Below are positions 25,099 to 27,016 of a DNA stretch of 27,016 nt, piece after piece (within the stretch, counting starts at the first letter, position 1; each line of letters begins with the position of its first letter). This DNA is from a virus. Taxonomy: Duplodnaviria; Caudoviricetes. The stretch spans positions 1 to 27,016 of IMG/VR virus record IMGVR_UViG_3300005512_000277; one strand, given 5' to 3'. Under the pieces are notes generated by a model that was given only the letters and a program-made list of their open reading frames with translations, ran no database searches and was not told where the DNA came from. A program made the position numbers and the translations under genes.

Positions 25099-27016
25099 TC
25101 CGCATGAGAGCGGACACCAGCGAGGTTAAGAGCGCGAAACGCGACCTTGATAACCTTACTGGTTCTTCCCGCGAAACAAAGCGTCAGATCGAGGAAACCG
25201 GAACGGCGGTAGATCGTACTGGCCGCACGATGACGGAGTTCACGGGTAAGGCGACCCAAACTACCCAAGCCGTAAGACAGAGTGATTCGGCCTTTGACGC
25301 CCTTGGGCTCTCTGCGGCTTCGGCTAGCACTAAGGTTAATGCTGCTTCTTCGGGTTTTGGCCGTATTGGAAAGAACTTTGCTACGGTAAACAGCGCAGCC
25401 CGTCAGGCAGCTACTAGCGTACAAAAGACTGGCGATAATGTTATTGACGCTAGCAGCCGGTTCCGCGCATCAAAGGGCGCTATTTCTAACTTATCCTTCC
25501 AGCTTCAAGACGTTGCGGTTCAGGCGCAGGCAGGGACAAGCGCGTTTACAATCCTTGGGCAGCAGGGCCCACAGATTGCGTCTGTATTTGGCCCCGGTGG
25601 TGCGGTAGCTGGTGCGCTTATTGCCTTTGGCGCGCTTATAGGTGGCGTGCTTTATAAGACGTTAGGTGGGGCTAAAGACGAGGTAGACCGCCTAGCAGAC
25701 GCTATGGCTGGCCTAGAACTAGCCTTTGAGCGTACCGAGCAGGGGTCCTTCATCCTGTCCCAACGCCTAAAAGAACTGGCCCAGAACTCCCGAGAGCTTG
25801 CAGAGATCGAGCTAGCTATCGGTATTGCTAGTGCCAAGATTGCCTTTGAAGAAGCGCAAGACGCTATCGTTTCTTCGGTTAGCGGGATTACTACAGCGGT
25901 TAATCTCGGGGCGCAGGCGTTTTTAGAGTACGGGAACGCCTCTGACTATGCTCGCACTGCCGATGCTAATCTCCGGTCTATCGGGGAGCGCGTACAAGAG
26001 CTACAAACGCGCTTCGGCTTATCTACTAAACAAGCAGTAGAGTTCGGCGCAGCCTTCGCTACCTTCCGGGCGGACCAGTCCGCAGAGAATCTAGCAGCCC
26101 TTCAGGCGGTAGTAGGGAATCTCGGTGATACGTTGGCAGAAAACGCCAACCCCGAGCTATTAGCTCTTGTTCAAGGTCTTAGCGAAAACCTACAAAAAGC
26201 CGATGACGCTTCTGACGCCTTAGAGATGTTTGGGAATGCTTTAGATGGGTCTGCGGCATCCGCTGCTACCCTAAATGACGCCTTGACGCCTGCTACTGAC
26301 AGCATTGGGCGCATGATTGAAGCCCTAAAAGAAGAATCCGCGTTGATCGGTAAGAGCGCACGGGAAAAGGCGCTCTACAAAGCCGAGCTAGAGGGCGCGT
26401 CGCAGGAAGAAATAGACGAAATTAATCGCATCTACGACAAGATCGTAGCCCGAAACCTGCTTCTAGATATTGAGAAGCGCACGAAAGATGCGGAGAAAGC
26501 TGCGGCTAAGGCGGCAGACGCTAAAGCTAATGCCGAAGAAGCGGCAGAAAAACGGAAGAAGGAATCCGCTCAGGCGAATCTAGAAAACATTCTCGCCATG
26601 AATGACACGGAAATGGAGGCGTTCAACCGCCAGCTACAAGAGAAGCGGGATCGCTTGGCCGAAGATCGAGCCATGAACCGTATCACGGAACAAGAACACC
26701 AGCAGGCGCTTACGGAGATCACGGAAGCGGAGGCTACCCGCAGGAACCAGATTGAGCAAAGGCTAGCGTCTGAGAATACGGAACGCCTCTTAGGCTTCTC
26801 CGATATGCTCTTAGAAGGTAAGTCCGATAAGGCGAAGCAGGCAGCAGCCCTAGCGATTAACCTAGCGGACAAGGAGAAGCGGGAGAACGCTAAACAGATT
26901 CTGTCCGACTCCTATTCGGCAGCGATGAAAGCCTATAAGGCTCTATCAGGCATCCCCGTTATTGGCCCTGCATTAGGCGCTGCGGCTGCTGGGGTGATTA
27001 TCGCGGCTGGTGCTAC
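25077..27016 (+). CDS. Tape measure protein (3' truncated by window)
   Basis: Missing from the ORF track, consistent with having no stop in the window. ATG 25077 MASYEALIRMRADTS...; contains lambda-type NLSFQLQDVAVQ.Q.G......LGQQGPQI; the last bases are in the same frame (IPVIGPALGAAAAG). Confidence 0.9.
   Translation, partial: MASYEALIRMRADTSEVKSAKRDLDNLTGSSRETKRQIEETGTAVDRTGRTMTEFTGKATQTTQAVRQSDSAFDALGLSAASASTKVNAASSGFGRIGKNFATVNSAARQAATSVQKTGDNVIDASSRFRASKGAISNLSFQLQDVAVQAQAGTSAFTILGQQGPQIASVFGPGGAVAGALIAFGALIGGVLYKTLGGAKDEVDRLADAMAGLELAFERTEQGSFILSQRLKELAQNSRELAEIELAIGIASAKIAFEEAQDAIVSSVSGITTAVNLGAQAFLEYGNASDYARTADANLRSIGERVQELQTRFGLSTKQAVEFGAAFATFRADQSAENLAALQAVVGNLGDTLAENANPELLALVQGLSENLQKADDASDALEMFGNALDGSAASAATLNDALTPATDSIGRMIEALKEESALIGKSAREKALYKAELEGASQEEIDEINRIYDKIVARNLLLDIEKRTKDAEKAAAKAADAKANAEEAAEKRKKESAQANLENILAMNDTEMEAFNRQLQEKRDRLAEDRAMNRITEQEHQQALTEITEAEATRRNQIEQRLASENTERLLGFSDMLLEGKSDKAKQAAALAINLADKEKRENAKQILSDSYSAAMKAYKALSGIPVIGPALGAAAAGVIIAAGA

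Noticed and set aside
25095-26872. Minus-strand ORFs and the apparent gene-poor end of the window
   Set aside because: The region is the tape-measure gene, omitted from the ORF track because it runs off the window.
1-27016. CRISPR array, tRNA, integrase/att site, alternative genetic code
   Set aside because: No spaced repeats, cloverleafs or recombinase motifs seen. Long genes are intact under the standard code and all three stop codons terminate genes.

Overview
Most of a tailed dsDNA phage genome (siphovirus-type, long non-contractile tail), about 55% GC by eye, with all credible protein genes on the + strand. The window opens inside a tail-tip gene and closes inside the tape-measure gene, so the non-structural region probably lies entirely inside it. 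Gene order: tail fibre module; a broken lysis region (only the 3' end of a GH24 endolysin survives, fused out of frame to a tail-associated gene); recombination genes (DUF1071/Sak annealase, YqaJ exonuclease, SSB-like, HTH, NinB-like, metallophosphoesterase, NinG-like); a ~580 bp non-coding, highly self-complementary region with divergent promoters; SF2 helicase; an overlapping-frame two-subunit C5 methyltransferase interrupted at a G9 tract; a stand-alone primase-type zinc finger; small accessory genes; an AT-rich ParB-like plus second C5 methyltransferase cassette; terminases, portal, head, neck and tail genes with the usual -1 chaperone frameshift. I see no integrase, DNA polymerase, catalytic primase or lambda O-type initiator. 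The best candidate for an undescribed system is the 8142-8728 locus: a putative large pseudoknotted RNA placed back-to-back with a ~60 nt RNA whose loop is complementary to the phage's own ribosome-binding sites. All product calls come from motif recognition and gene order, not database searches.
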